The notes under the pieces are model-generated. The model was given only the letters and a program-made list of their open reading frames with translations. It made no database searches and was not told where the DNA came from. 64,000 nucleotides of DNA, from assembly GCA_051388875.1 (NCBI GenBank), contig JBMFFR010000002.1:218981-282980 (forward strand). Reading direction: 5' to 3'. Position 1 is the stretch's first letter. Each line of letters starts with the position of its first letter. A program made the position numbers and the translations under genes. Shown here piece by piece: positions 26,574 to 35,692 of this stretch. The DNA is from Candidatus Brocadiia bacterium JP1 (GTDB lineage Bacteria; Planctomycetota; Brocadiia; Brocadiales; Bathyanammoxibiaceae).

Positions 26574-29354
26574 ATGGCCGGCTTACGCTTTGAGGAGATG
26601 ATGGATGGTTACCTGGGGGAAAACCTCTCAGATTTCCGAGACGGTGAAGACTATGGAATAAGAAACGATAACCCCATGAGATTTAGCGTAGTAATAGAGA
26701 TTGACTCTGTGGACGAGTTTGTGAGTATTTCCGACCATGAGGCCAAAATGAAGGGTAAATTTTATTGCAAGTCTCTGGGGGGCGAAACAGGAATGACCAT
26801 GAAAAGGGGAAGGTTCAACCTCTTTGACATTGACCCCGAAACCGGCCATAGAAATATGCGCTATATCTTTAACTTCAATACTCCGGACGGCAAGGAGTAT
26901 TATTTCTACGGAGTAAAGGATATATTCAACGATAAAGTAATAGACTTAATAGAAGACATAACTACCCTGTTTGTAAGGATTTACGAGGGTGGGGATGCCA
27001 CTGGGAAACTTTACGGCAGTGGTGTTATGTACTTCAGGATAAAAGACATTGCTTCAATTCAAAAGTTAATAATGTCTAGCGAGGTAATAGGAGAAAGCGG
27101 CCTCATTGAAAGATACGCTACACTGGTTAAATTTGCAAGTTTCTTTGTAGCAGAGACATTAAAGACTTATACACCTGGACCAAGGTTTATCTACACTACA
27201 CGCTACGAAAATCTTATCCTCTCAGGAAACCTTAAGAAGGAAGGGGAAGATACGCCAAGAGAGTTCTTCTTTTTCTCCGGGGAGCATGATAAAGGCTTCC
27301 CTTTTGGGGATGAGGAGACTATGGAGGATCTGGCCTTGCTTATCTCTGATGGACAGGGTGGATACTCACGCTTCGGCATCACCAGACAGTCCCTAAAAGG
27401 CTTAAATGTGGATTTGAAGGCTAACAGCTACACTTACAAGGGCGAACTTTACAGAATCACCAGAGGGCATTCCGTAGCCTACTCCGAGATAAAAGACTAT
27501 AAAGAAGGGTCTAATAATATTGAAAAGGTCAATGTCCAAATTAAGCTTACCCTGGATGTGAAGCAATATGATAAAGTGGATATGACCTTTCAGCCTATAG
27601 AGAAGTTGGCCGGGGTTATTCCAGACGAGTTTGAAGATGCAATCAGGGGGTACTTAACCTTCTTCCCACTACTCGGGTACTTCACCACCCCACACAAGGT
27701 GAAGGTAAAGAAGGGGACTATCAAAATTACTGACGCTACGGGAGACACCGTCTATTCTGTTGACGCAGCAAGCACCTTAGGAGAAGGGGAGCTGGGAGAG
27801 ATAAATAACCTCAGAGAACCCACCCTCTGGTACAATTACCTATGCGGTGTAAATCCAGCGGAACAGACCCTCTACTTGAAGATTGGCTCCGGCACCCTAC
27901 GCGATGAAAGGGAGTGGTATCTTAAGGACTTGATTGATAAGGCCCTCGGAAAGGTATTCCAGAGGAAACTAAAGAAAAACCTGCTTTTGAAGGACACAGC
28001 AGAAGAAAATCCTTCTGTCCCTACTGTGGTAAAAGAGGACGTCTTAACACTGGTGAATGACCATTATCCCACTGCCGTACTACTGAGGAGGATTGTCAGG
28101 ATACAAAGCAATGGGCAGAGCTTTTACGGCCTTGAGGAGTACATAGATGCAATAAACATGGCCCCCATCAACTCCGACAAAGAAGCCACGGTAGTCGTCT
28201 ACACCTATAAGGACGTGGATCAGTGGGATGGCAGCCCGCCCAGCGATGAAAAAGTCCTGGAAATCTACAATAGCAGTGAAAAATTTGACGTCCTGGACAG
28301 AGTAATAGAAGACTCAGGCTTTTTCCAGGTGCTGGAGGCATCTCTGGCTAAATCCGGCAAAAGCAGGGAAGTCTTCTCCGTGGCAATTAAACCTAATTTT
28401 ATGTTCTTTTACTCCACTAAAGACAAGACTACCTATACCGACCCCACCCTTGTGGAACACCTGGTAGAAAGAATATATGAAAAGGGCTTCCGTAACATCA
28501 AGATTGTAGAGGCAAGGAGTACGCTCAGCGTGTTTTTTGACAAACGCGATGTCAGGTCAGTAGCCCTTCATATAGGCTTCAAAGAGGGAGGCAAATATCA
28601 GATTGTGGATCTTTCCGATAATCTGGAGGAATGGGATTATGGGGGGAAGTTGGGCAATCATTACGTAAATAAAGAATGGAAATCGGCCGACTTCCGTATC
28701 TCCTTTGCCAAGAACAAAAGTCATTCATATGCCCTCTACACTTTAACTATTAAGAATATCTATGGCGCCCTTCCTGTGGAGTATAAGTTCAAAATATACC
28801 ACTGTGAATTGGGGGATATTTATGAGCCTACCATTGATTTCATAAGACATTTTCCCATACATTTTGGCTTCGTAGACGGCGTGGTAAGTGCTGACGGACC
28901 CTTTGGTATTTTTGCCGACCCCTACCCCCAGCTCACAATGACTATCATGGGCGGTGAAAACCTTGTAGCCATAGATTGGGTGGGTGCGGCCAAAATGGGT
29001 CTCAACCCCATGGTCTCTAGATATACCCAGGAGGCTATAAAAGTCTTCGGCAAGCCCAGAATACGGCTAAAAGGGAATGGGCAATTATATAAGTTCTGGA
29101 GCAATACCCCGAGGATTGTTAGCTTTGGAGCGCATGGGCTATTAGACCGCTACTTCACCTTTGGCTATCCCGTTTACTATATCCTCTCAGAAATGGACCC
29201 CGCCTTCCCTTCCAAACTTTCCGAGTGGCCTCTATTAAATGAGATACGTAAAATATCTGGCCCTGCAAGGGACATCTTCTACAAGTCCCCTTATCGCCCA
29301 CCCTCCTGGCTCCACGAGCTCGTACACAGGGTGATATTACGGTTGTGGCAGTAA
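26574..29354 (+). CDS. Large (926 aa) uncharacterised cytoplasmic protein with a C-terminal DUF362-like domain
   Basis: An RBS 'GGGGGAAA' precedes the ATG. The C-terminal third has 'IKPNFMF....YTDPTLVEHLVERIYEKGF', 'NKSHSYALYTLTIKNIYGALP', 'GFVDGVVSADG' and 'ENLVAIDWVGAAKMGLNP', which match the DUF362 pattern from memory. No family was recognised for the first ~590 aa. Confidence 0.7.
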   Translation: MAGLRFEEMMDGYLGENLSDFRDGEDYGIRNDNPMRFSVVIEIDSVDEFVSISDHEAKMKGKFYCKSLGGETGMTMKRGRFNLFDIDPETGHRNMRYIFNFNTPDGKEYYFYGVKDIFNDKVIDLIEDITTLFVRIYEGGDATGKLYGSGVMYFRIKDIASIQKLIMSSEVIGESGLIERYATLVKFASFFVAETLKTYTPGPRFIYTTRYENLILSGNLKKEGEDTPREFFFFSGEHDKGFPFGDEETMEDLALLISDGQGGYSRFGITRQSLKGLNVDLKANSYTYKGELYRITRGHSVAYSEIKDYKEGSNNIEKVNVQIKLTLDVKQYDKVDMTFQPIEKLAGVIPDEFEDAIRGYLTFFPLLGYFTTPHKVKVKKGTIKITDATGDTVYSVDAASTLGEGELGEINNLREPTLWYNYLCGVNPAEQTLYLKIGSGTLRDEREWYLKDLIDKALGKVFQRKLKKNLLLKDTAEENPSVPTVVKEDVLTLVNDHYPTAVLLRRIVRIQSNGQSFYGLEEYIDAINMAPINSDKEATVVVYTYKDVDQWDGSPPSDEKVLEIYNSSEKFDVLDRVIEDSGFFQVLEASLAKSGKSREVFSVAIKPNFMFFYSTKDKTTYTDPTLVEHLVERIYEKGFRNIKIVEARSTLSVFFDKRDVRSVALHIGFKEGGKYQIVDLSDNLEEWDYGGKLGNHYVNKEWKSADFRISFAKNKSHSYALYTLTIKNIYGALPVEYKFKIYHCELGDIYEPTIDFIRHFPIHFGFVDGVVSADGPFGIFADPYPQLTMTIMGGENLVAIDWVGAAKMGLNPMVSRYTQEAIKVFGKPRIRLKGNGQLYKFWSNTPRIVSFGAHGLLDRYFTFGYPVYYILSEMDPAFPSKLSEWPLLNEIRKISGPARDIFYKSPYRPPSWLHELVHRVILRLWQ

Positions 29355-29505
29355 GACCCTGCCACTCTAAGACGGCCTGAACGCCGCGTCTCTTCTTCCT
29401 TGAGACCTGGCTTTATATATATTCTTGCCAATTGGCCCTATCCGTTATAGGACCTATAAACCCTAAGCAGCCCAGTGGTTACCAGGCACTAGCAAATCAC
29501 CGGAC

Positions 29506-29772
29506 TTACTTCTGCCATTTGTTCCTTAAAAAGGTCGTCAGGTTATAATCATTACCGCGCATTTCCACCCAATCCCTGTCCGAGTTAAAGTATGTTTTTA
29601 CATATTTTGCCCTCTCGTTCTTAGGAAGGTCCACATAATAGATAACTACTGTTTCGTCGGGAGAGAGTTGAGCCTGTCTGTGTGTAAGGGTGGGGTTGAA
29701 TGGATTACCGGGGCGATGGCCCTTTATCCTGGCTTCAAGCTCTTTCTTTAAATCTTCAATATGATTAGCCAT
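29506..29772 (-). CDS. Small hypothetical protein (88 aa)
   Basis: The ORF begins 9 nt downstream of the metallophosphoesterase stop on the same strand. No family recognised. Confidence 0.45.
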   Translation of the reverse strand: MANHIEDLKKELEARIKGHRPGNPFNPTLTHRQAQLSPDETVVIYYVDLPKNERAKYVKTYFNSDRDWVEMRGNDYNLTTFLRNKWQK

Positions 29773-29781
29773 ACGGGCCTC

Positions 29782-31476
29782 CTATTTTGCCTCAGGATAA
29801 GCAAACCGGAGTATAACATCTCGGTGTTTTTGGTCCAGTTCGTTGAATCTTTTAACCAGTTTTCTACCTTCCTCATCCTCCTTGGAGGCATCCAAACACT
29901 TCTTTGCGTTTTTAAGGAGTTCTGGGGCGTCAGCGCCCAGGCCCTCCACGAAATAGGGCCAGAAGCCCTGGAGGACTATCTCCCATTGCCCCGACTCCGT
30001 ACAGCGGGTGGTTACCAGACTGCCCCTCTTGGGATATTCAAAGACAGCTCCTGCCACAATCTCCCAGAACCCAAAGGTCTCACGTTCCTCCGGGTTTGCG
30101 TGATACAGCACCTCGTGTCTATGGGTATGCCCGCAGAAGTAGGCAACCACATTGTATTTCGGCTCAAAAAATAACTCTTCAAGCTTCTTGTAACTATCAT
30201 CAAAGAAGCTGTCTTTTCCCAATGGGTGGTGGCCAAACACCAGCACCATCCAGTTCCCCTGCTGCGCATATTCTTCCAACACGCCCTTTAACCAATCTAG
30301 CTCCAGCAATCTCCTTTTTTCTTCATCGGCCGGGTCCATCACTTCTTCTTGACGGTACACCGTGCCTCTTGCAAACTTAAAATGCCTGGTAGTCGTGTCC
30401 AGGACTACACAAAGGACGCCCGGCTCACCGTCCCTGGGTTCAAGCGCCTCAAAGTGATAATAACCAGGGCACTTCTTGCAGGGTTTATTCCTCCTGTCCT
30501 TCAGGGGCCCTTCTTCTAGAAAACCTTTGCCACGCCTATCAAAGCCGTTATAAACGCTACCAGTTAACAACGTATCATCGTCCGGGGCATTGTCTGGTGA
30601 AAAATAGACAAGTGGGTCCACATCATACCCCTTGCCGTGCATATTTATGAGGTTGTATCTGGTGTTAACCGTCTGAAACCCCATATTGGGCTTCACCACA
30701 CCCACCTCCTGCGCATTAATGTTACCGTAAACAGGGTAGTCGTGATTACCCACCACATTATACCAGGGTATGTTTAGCTTGTTGGTAATGTAAATAAACT
30801 CATAGAGTTCGCTCACCACCCCCATGTCAATGGCATCTCCCGTATGCACCATAAAACTCGGCCTTCGCTCCTCAGGCAGACCATCGTATAGTCTTCTCAT
30901 AGTGCCGATAAGGGTCAAGTAGTACGAGTAATCGTAAAGTACCATATCGGGCGCATGCTCAAAACTTTGCACAAATTGATCAAAAAATTTAGTTAGCTCC
31001 TTATCAAACATGTACACCCTCTCATCGTGTAGCTGGACATCCGAGAGGTGAATGAAAGATAGCTTAGGCCCAGGCATTACACCACCAGACTGCGTAGCAA
31101 AAACAGGCACTTCTCCATCATAGTGCACCAGTTTATCTTCAGGAACAAGCAGTCCATCCACCCCCATCCCATCCGTAGCAAAAGTCTTTATATCAAGCCC
31201 TTGTATGTACTCCCAACCCGGCAGCCATTCGTTATCAATAAAATCTTGCAGGTCACGCCTGACAAGACGCTTTTCCCCCAGCCTGAGTGCTTCGCGGTCT
31301 TCTTCTTTACGTGCTTCAACTATTTTGAGTTCCCCTCTTTGTAGGTACTCTTCAAACCTGCGGTCAACCTTAGCAGCATCTAGTGGGACCTCATACAGTC
31401 TTAAAGCACAGCCACCTCCAAACAAAAGGCAAGAGAGTAATAGGAAAAGCAGCAAGGGGACACTTTTTTGGTGCAT
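29782..31476 (-). CDS. Exported metallophosphoesterase (calcineurin-like)
   Basis: Motifs 'HLSDVQLHD', 'HTGDAID', 'VVGNHD', 'GHHP' and 'GHTHRH', with an N-terminal signal/lipoprotein-like 'LLSCLLFGGGCA'. Confidence 0.85.
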   Translation of the reverse strand: MHQKSVPLLLFLLLSCLLFGGGCALRLYEVPLDAAKVDRRFEEYLQRGELKIVEARKEEDREALRLGEKRLVRRDLQDFIDNEWLPGWEYIQGLDIKTFATDGMGVDGLLVPEDKLVHYDGEVPVFATQSGGVMPGPKLSFIHLSDVQLHDERVYMFDKELTKFFDQFVQSFEHAPDMVLYDYSYYLTLIGTMRRLYDGLPEERRPSFMVHTGDAIDMGVVSELYEFIYITNKLNIPWYNVVGNHDYPVYGNINAQEVGVVKPNMGFQTVNTRYNLINMHGKGYDVDPLVYFSPDNAPDDDTLLTGSVYNGFDRRGKGFLEEGPLKDRRNKPCKKCPGYYHFEALEPRDGEPGVLCVVLDTTTRHFKFARGTVYRQEEVMDPADEEKRRLLELDWLKGVLEEYAQQGNWMVLVFGHHPLGKDSFFDDSYKKLEELFFEPKYNVVAYFCGHTHRHEVLYHANPEERETFGFWEIVAGAVFEYPKRGSLVTTRCTESGQWEIVLQGFWPYFVEGLGADAPELLKNAKKCLDASKEDEEGRKLVKRFNELDQKHRDVILRFAYPEAK

Positions 31477-31488
31477 TGAGACCTCCGC

Positions 31489-31575
31489 AAAAAGGTACGG
31501 TTCTGTCGCCCCTAACGTGTTTCGGGGCCTATTAAGTCTATAATTAATCTATTAGATGCTGGTCTGAAGCACCCA
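31489..31575. repeat. Intergenic repeat, family R2, copy a (shorter, diverged)
   Basis: 'AAAAGGTACGGTTCTGTCGCCCCTAACGTGTTTCGGGGCC...ATTAGATGCTG' matches the copies at 51735 and 62363. Confidence 0.6.
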
Positions 31576-31746
31576 AATTCTATCAAGCTAAAACGGGAGT
31601 TCAATAGAAAAATAGTGAGCTAAAGATAAAACATCAAGTCCTTAATTTTTTTTAAGAAAAGCTTGCATTCTATGAAGGTTTTTGTACAATGAAAACCACT
31701 AGAAGGGTGGCAAACTTCAAAAAATTGACGACTCTAACATAAGAGC

Positions 31747-32643
31747 TTGTGCTTTTACTGGATCCCGGGCACCTCTGCTGAGGAAGCCCTCTGGTTCTTT
31801 ACGCTTTTCCTGTTTGGGCTTGTAACTGGCAGCTTTCTAAACGTTTGTATCTATCGCCTACCCAGAAACAGGTCCATTATCGCTCCCGCTTCCTTTTGCC
31901 CCTCCTGCGGTGCATTCGTAAAGTGGTATGACAACGTCCCCCTGCTCAGTTACCTTCTGCTCCGGGGTAAGTGCAGGTCTTGCAAGTCCCCAATAAGCCT
32001 GAGATACCCGTTAGTTGAGGCACTGACGGGCCTTCTATTTGGCCTGCTCTTTATCCAGTTTGTTCTCAAACAAGAACAGTCTTTAAGCCTTTACGTGGCC
32101 TATACTGCCCTTTCCAGTGCATTAATAGTCTCCAGCTTCATTGACCTGGAATTTTATTTAATCCCTAATGAAATCACCATGCCCGGAATTATAGCAGGGC
32201 CTATCTTCAGTTTTTTGTTCCCTGGCATTCATTACCCGGTTAACCATCTGGGGGCACCACTAACTTTGGATTATTCCAGAATGGACGCCCTGAGTGCCTC
32301 TTTTACTGGCATATTAATTGGTGGAGGTATAGTTTGGCTCACGGCCGTTATCGGGTCCTTTGTCTTCCGCAGGGAGGCCATGGGCATGGGAGACGTAAAG
32401 CTTATGGCGATGATAGGTGGTATAACAGGCTGGAAATTGGCTTTAATGGTCTATTTTCTCGCCCCCTTTTTTGCCCTTGCAGCGGCTGTGCCGCTTTTCT
32501 TTGTGGGAAAGGGGAGGAAAATCCCCTATGCGCCTTTCCTATCCATGGCAACACTGGCAGCCTTATTCTTTCAAAGGCCCTTTACCAAATTTTTAGACTC
32601 ACGCTTGTTTATACTCTCGGAGGTTGTAAAAGAAATCTTTTAA
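31747..32643 (+). CDS. pilD: Prepilin peptidase (A24 family, type IV leader peptidase/N-methyltransferase)
   Basis: 'GSFLNVCIYRLP', Cys pairs 'CPSCG...CRSC' and 'GMGDVKLMAMIG'. It has a TTG start. Confidence 0.9.
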   Translation: MCFYWIPGTSAEEALWFFTLFLFGLVTGSFLNVCIYRLPRNRSIIAPASFCPSCGAFVKWYDNVPLLSYLLLRGKCRSCKSPISLRYPLVEALTGLLFGLLFIQFVLKQEQSLSLYVAYTALSSALIVSSFIDLEFYLIPNEITMPGIIAGPIFSFLFPGIHYPVNHLGAPLTLDYSRMDALSASFTGILIGGGIVWLTAVIGSFVFRREAMGMGDVKLMAMIGGITGWKLALMVYFLAPFFALAAAVPLFFVGKGRKIPYAPFLSMATLAALFFQRPFTKFLDSRLFILSEVVKEIF

Positions 32644-32670
32644 GTTAAAATCTTAGAAAGGAGGAATGTG

Positions 32671-33345
32671 ATGACGAAAAGTAGGGACGTATTCAGGTGG
32701 GTTTTATTTCTGGTGTTCGTGTTATTCATTTACGGTTGCGCTGGGAACCGTAAGGCACTGGAGGAACAAGTAGCTTATCAAACTGATACTATTAACGAGC
32801 TACAAAAAGAGAACACTGCACTAAAGAGTAGACTATCCGAAACAGAGGCACAGTTGCAACAGTCTGCCCAACAACCTTCACCCGCTGTGAACGTGGAAAA
32901 TCTACGGAGTACTCTGGAGGCTCAGCTAAGGGGTAAAGGCGTGGGTGTTAAGGTGAGGGATGGGGAAGTAGTCCTTTCTCTTCCTGCTACAAAACTTTTT
33001 GAACCGGGTCAGTTTACCCTTAAACCGCAGGCAAGGACATTGCTCACGGATGTTTCAAGGGCTATTAAAACCCAGGCGCCCACTGCAATGGTACGCGTGG
33101 AAGGTCACACAGATAATCAGCCCATCAGAAAGCAAAAGGACCGCTTCAAATCTAATTGGGAGCTCTCAGCTGCGAGGGCCAGTTCAGTGCTCCACTACCT
33201 CGTAGAGAAATGTAACATGAGTCCGAAGAAAGTTTATCTGGCTGGATTTGGAGAATATCAGCCGGTGGGTAACAACAAGACTTCCTCTGGAAGACAGCTA
33301 AACCGCAGGGTTGAAATAGTCGTCATTCCCCAGGAGCGGACGTGA
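32671..33345 (+). CDS. OmpA/MotB-domain protein with an N-terminal lipoprotein-like signal and a coiled coil
   Basis: 'VEGHTDNQPI', 'NWELSAARASSV', 'GFGEYQPV' and 'NRRVEIVV'. Confidence 0.85.
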   Translation: MTKSRDVFRWVLFLVFVLFIYGCAGNRKALEEQVAYQTDTINELQKENTALKSRLSETEAQLQQSAQQPSPAVNVENLRSTLEAQLRGKGVGVKVRDGEVVLSLPATKLFEPGQFTLKPQARTLLTDVSRAIKTQAPTAMVRVEGHTDNQPIRKQKDRFKSNWELSAARASSVLHYLVEKCNMSPKKVYLAGFGEYQPVGNNKTSSGRQLNRRVEIVVIPQERT

Positions 33346-33944
33346 TTGCCATTGTTGATTATGGAATGGGCAATCTCAGGAGCGTACAAAAGGCTATTGA
33401 GAGGGTAGGTAGTAGTGCTTCTATAGTTCAGAGCCCTGAGGGGTTGGAAGGTGTAGAAAAGCTGGTATTGCCCGGTGTGGGAGCCTTTGCCGATGCCATG
33501 AAGGGGCTAGAAGAAGGGGGATTAATAGAACCTATTCTGAGGCACATAAAGAAGGGGCGGCTCTTTCTAGGGATATGCCTGGGCCTGCAACTTTTATTTT
33601 CAGAAAGCACAGAAGGTGGTCTCCACTACGGGCTTAACGTGATTCCCGGTAGGGTAATGAGATTTGAGCAAAACAGCCTAAAAGTACCCCATATGGGGTG
33701 GAACAGAGTTACTTTCCTGAGGGATGCCCCTTTAATTAAGGGTGTCCCTCAGGACTCTTATATGTACTTTGTCCACTCCTATTACGTTTGTCCGAATGAC
33801 CCGGCAGTAGTAGCGGCCGTTACGGACTATGGGATTAACTTTACTTCCTTCGTTTGGAAGGATAATATTTTTGCCACCCAGTTTCATCCCGAAAAGAGCC
33901 AGACCATTGGTCTGGCTATACTAAGGAATTTTGTAACCATTTAG
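33342..33944 (+). CDS. hisH: Imidazole glycerol phosphate synthase, glutamine amidotransferase subunit
   Basis: 'IAIVDYGMGNLRSV', 'GICLGLQLL' and 'QFHPEKS'. It has a GTG start overlapping the upstream stop. Confidence 0.95.
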   Translation: MIAIVDYGMGNLRSVQKAIERVGSSASIVQSPEGLEGVEKLVLPGVGAFADAMKGLEEGGLIEPILRHIKKGRLFLGICLGLQLLFSESTEGGLHYGLNVIPGRVMRFEQNSLKVPHMGWNRVTFLRDAPLIKGVPQDSYMYFVHSYYVCPNDPAVVAAVTDYGINFTSFVWKDNIFATQFHPEKSQTIGLAILRNFVTI

Positions 33945-33956
33945 GAGATTTAATAA

Positions 33957-34364
33957 GTGAAAAATTTCTATCAACAACCGATTTCTGTCGTTCTTCTACT
34001 TTTCCTACTCCTGGTTAACACTCGGGCCTTCGCAGACACCTCTTCTGGCTGGAGGGACTTTAGTCTTGGCCCTCAGGAGGGCCTGACCAACAGCCTCTTC
34101 TCCCTGGAAAGGTTAGAGTTGATTCAACCCGGTAATGTAATAGCACGTGTTAGAGTGAAAAATATTGGCAGGGAGGTTGCCAGTTTTGCAGTATCCATCG
34201 CACTCTTTGATGCAGATAAGAATCTTTTAACGGCAATCAGCTTTGCACCCCATTACCTCACGCCTGGAATTGAAGAAGTTGGTAGCCTGGAGATCCCTGG
34301 CAGTAAAGAGGTTTTTAAAAGGATAAAATACTATCAGGTGAGCATTTTAAAGAGGCGAGAATAA
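33957..34364 (+). CDS. Hypothetical exported protein inserted between hisH and hisA
   Basis: 135-aa ORF with a signal peptide 'VVLLLFLLLVNTRAFA'. No family recognised. Confidence 0.5.
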   Translation: MKNFYQQPISVVLLLFLLLVNTRAFADTSSGWRDFSLGPQEGLTNSLFSLERLELIQPGNVIARVRVKNIGREVASFAVSIALFDADKNLLTAISFAPHYLTPGIEEVGSLEIPGSKEVFKRIKYYQVSILKRRE

Positions 34365-34470
34365 TTATGAGGTTTTATTAAATGTAATATATTCGTAATA
34401 ACAGAAAAACACTTTAGCACACAAATTTTATTCCCAATTCGGTTTTGCCTACCCAGAACGTTTAAAACCC

Positions 34471-35181
34471 ATGCTTATTATCCCAGCAATAGACCTCAGT
34501 AAGGGGAGATGTGTCAGGCTCACTCAAGGACGCTTTGAGGAAGAGACAGTTTATTACGATGACCCTGTACAGGCAGCCTTGCTCTGGCAGAGTCAGGGTG
34601 CTAAGTACTTGCATATAGTTGATTTAGATGGTGCACGCGAGGGAGAGCCAAAGAATTTAGACCCCCTGCGTCGTATCCTGCAAGCAGTGAAGATACCCTT
34701 ACAATTTGGGGGAGGCATCAGGACTAAGGAGTGCGCCATCCAGACACTAAATATGGGCGCAGATAGGGTCATCCTCGGCACAAAGGTTATAGACTCTCCC
34801 GAAATTATAGAAGAATTGTGCAAGGAATACCCGGGCCGTATCGCCGTTGGCCTAGACCATAAAGCTGGACATGTGGCGATAAAGGGGTGGCTGGAGGTCT
34901 CTGAATTCACATTGATAGATTTAGCCCGCCAGATTGGAAAGGCAAACCCTGCGGTAATCATCGTAACCGACATATCAAGGGATGGTATGCTTCAGGGACC
35001 AGATACTGCCCTCTTAAAACAACTCCTTCAGGGCATAAAAACGCCGGTTATAGCCTCAGGGGGGATAGCCTCCGTAGAACACCTTAAGACTTTGAGCCAT
35101 TTGGGCGTGCAGGGGGTAATTATAGGAAAAGCACTATATACGGGGGCAATAAGGCTAAAAGAGGCTATAGAGGCAGTTTAG
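34471..35181 (+). CDS. hisA: ProFAR isomerase (1-(5-phosphoribosyl)-5-[(5-phosphoribosylamino)methylideneamino]imidazole-4-carboxamide isomerase)
   Basis: 'MLIIPAIDL..G.CVRL.QG', 'LHIVDLDGA', 'GGGIR' and 'TDISRDGML.G'. Confidence 0.95.
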   Translation: MLIIPAIDLSKGRCVRLTQGRFEEETVYYDDPVQAALLWQSQGAKYLHIVDLDGAREGEPKNLDPLRRILQAVKIPLQFGGGIRTKECAIQTLNMGADRVILGTKVIDSPEIIEELCKEYPGRIAVGLDHKAGHVAIKGWLEVSEFTLIDLARQIGKANPAVIIVTDISRDGMLQGPDTALLKQLLQGIKTPVIASGGIASVEHLKTLSHLGVQGVIIGKALYTGAIRLKEAIEAV

Positions 35182-35692
35182 GCCCATCCAACGGCTTGAT
35201 GGCTATGGTGGAGGAGGGATGGGGAAAGAGGGAGATTTTTGCAAATTTTAAGCGATAGACATTCGTAAGTATATGTGATACAATGATTTGGAGATGTTAA
35301 AATTTTTTGTCCGAGTCATTGTTGAAGCTTTTAAAAACGTAGCATTTTATTGCATTTTTAATGATTTTTGAGCCATTTTTAATCCATTTTGATGAAAAAC
35401 AAGCAGGTATTTCCTGCCAAGGATTTTTGCACAAATCTTAGCAGTGGGTACAAGTTTTGGTTCGCCTCGGAGGGCTTTCCCCGTTCGCCAAGGGAGGGGG
35501 AGGCCAGGGGGGCGTCTCGGAACAGGCAGACTTCGGGCTTTCACCCTTCGCCAGGGAAAGGTTTTTTTAATAAATCCCGTTTAAACAATTGTCAGGGTAT
35601 GTGAACTTGCATACACAGTGCATACCTAAAGTGCCTTGAATTCTATAGTTATTTCTGTTAGTATGTTTTTTTTAATATAATTTTCCTGCGAG

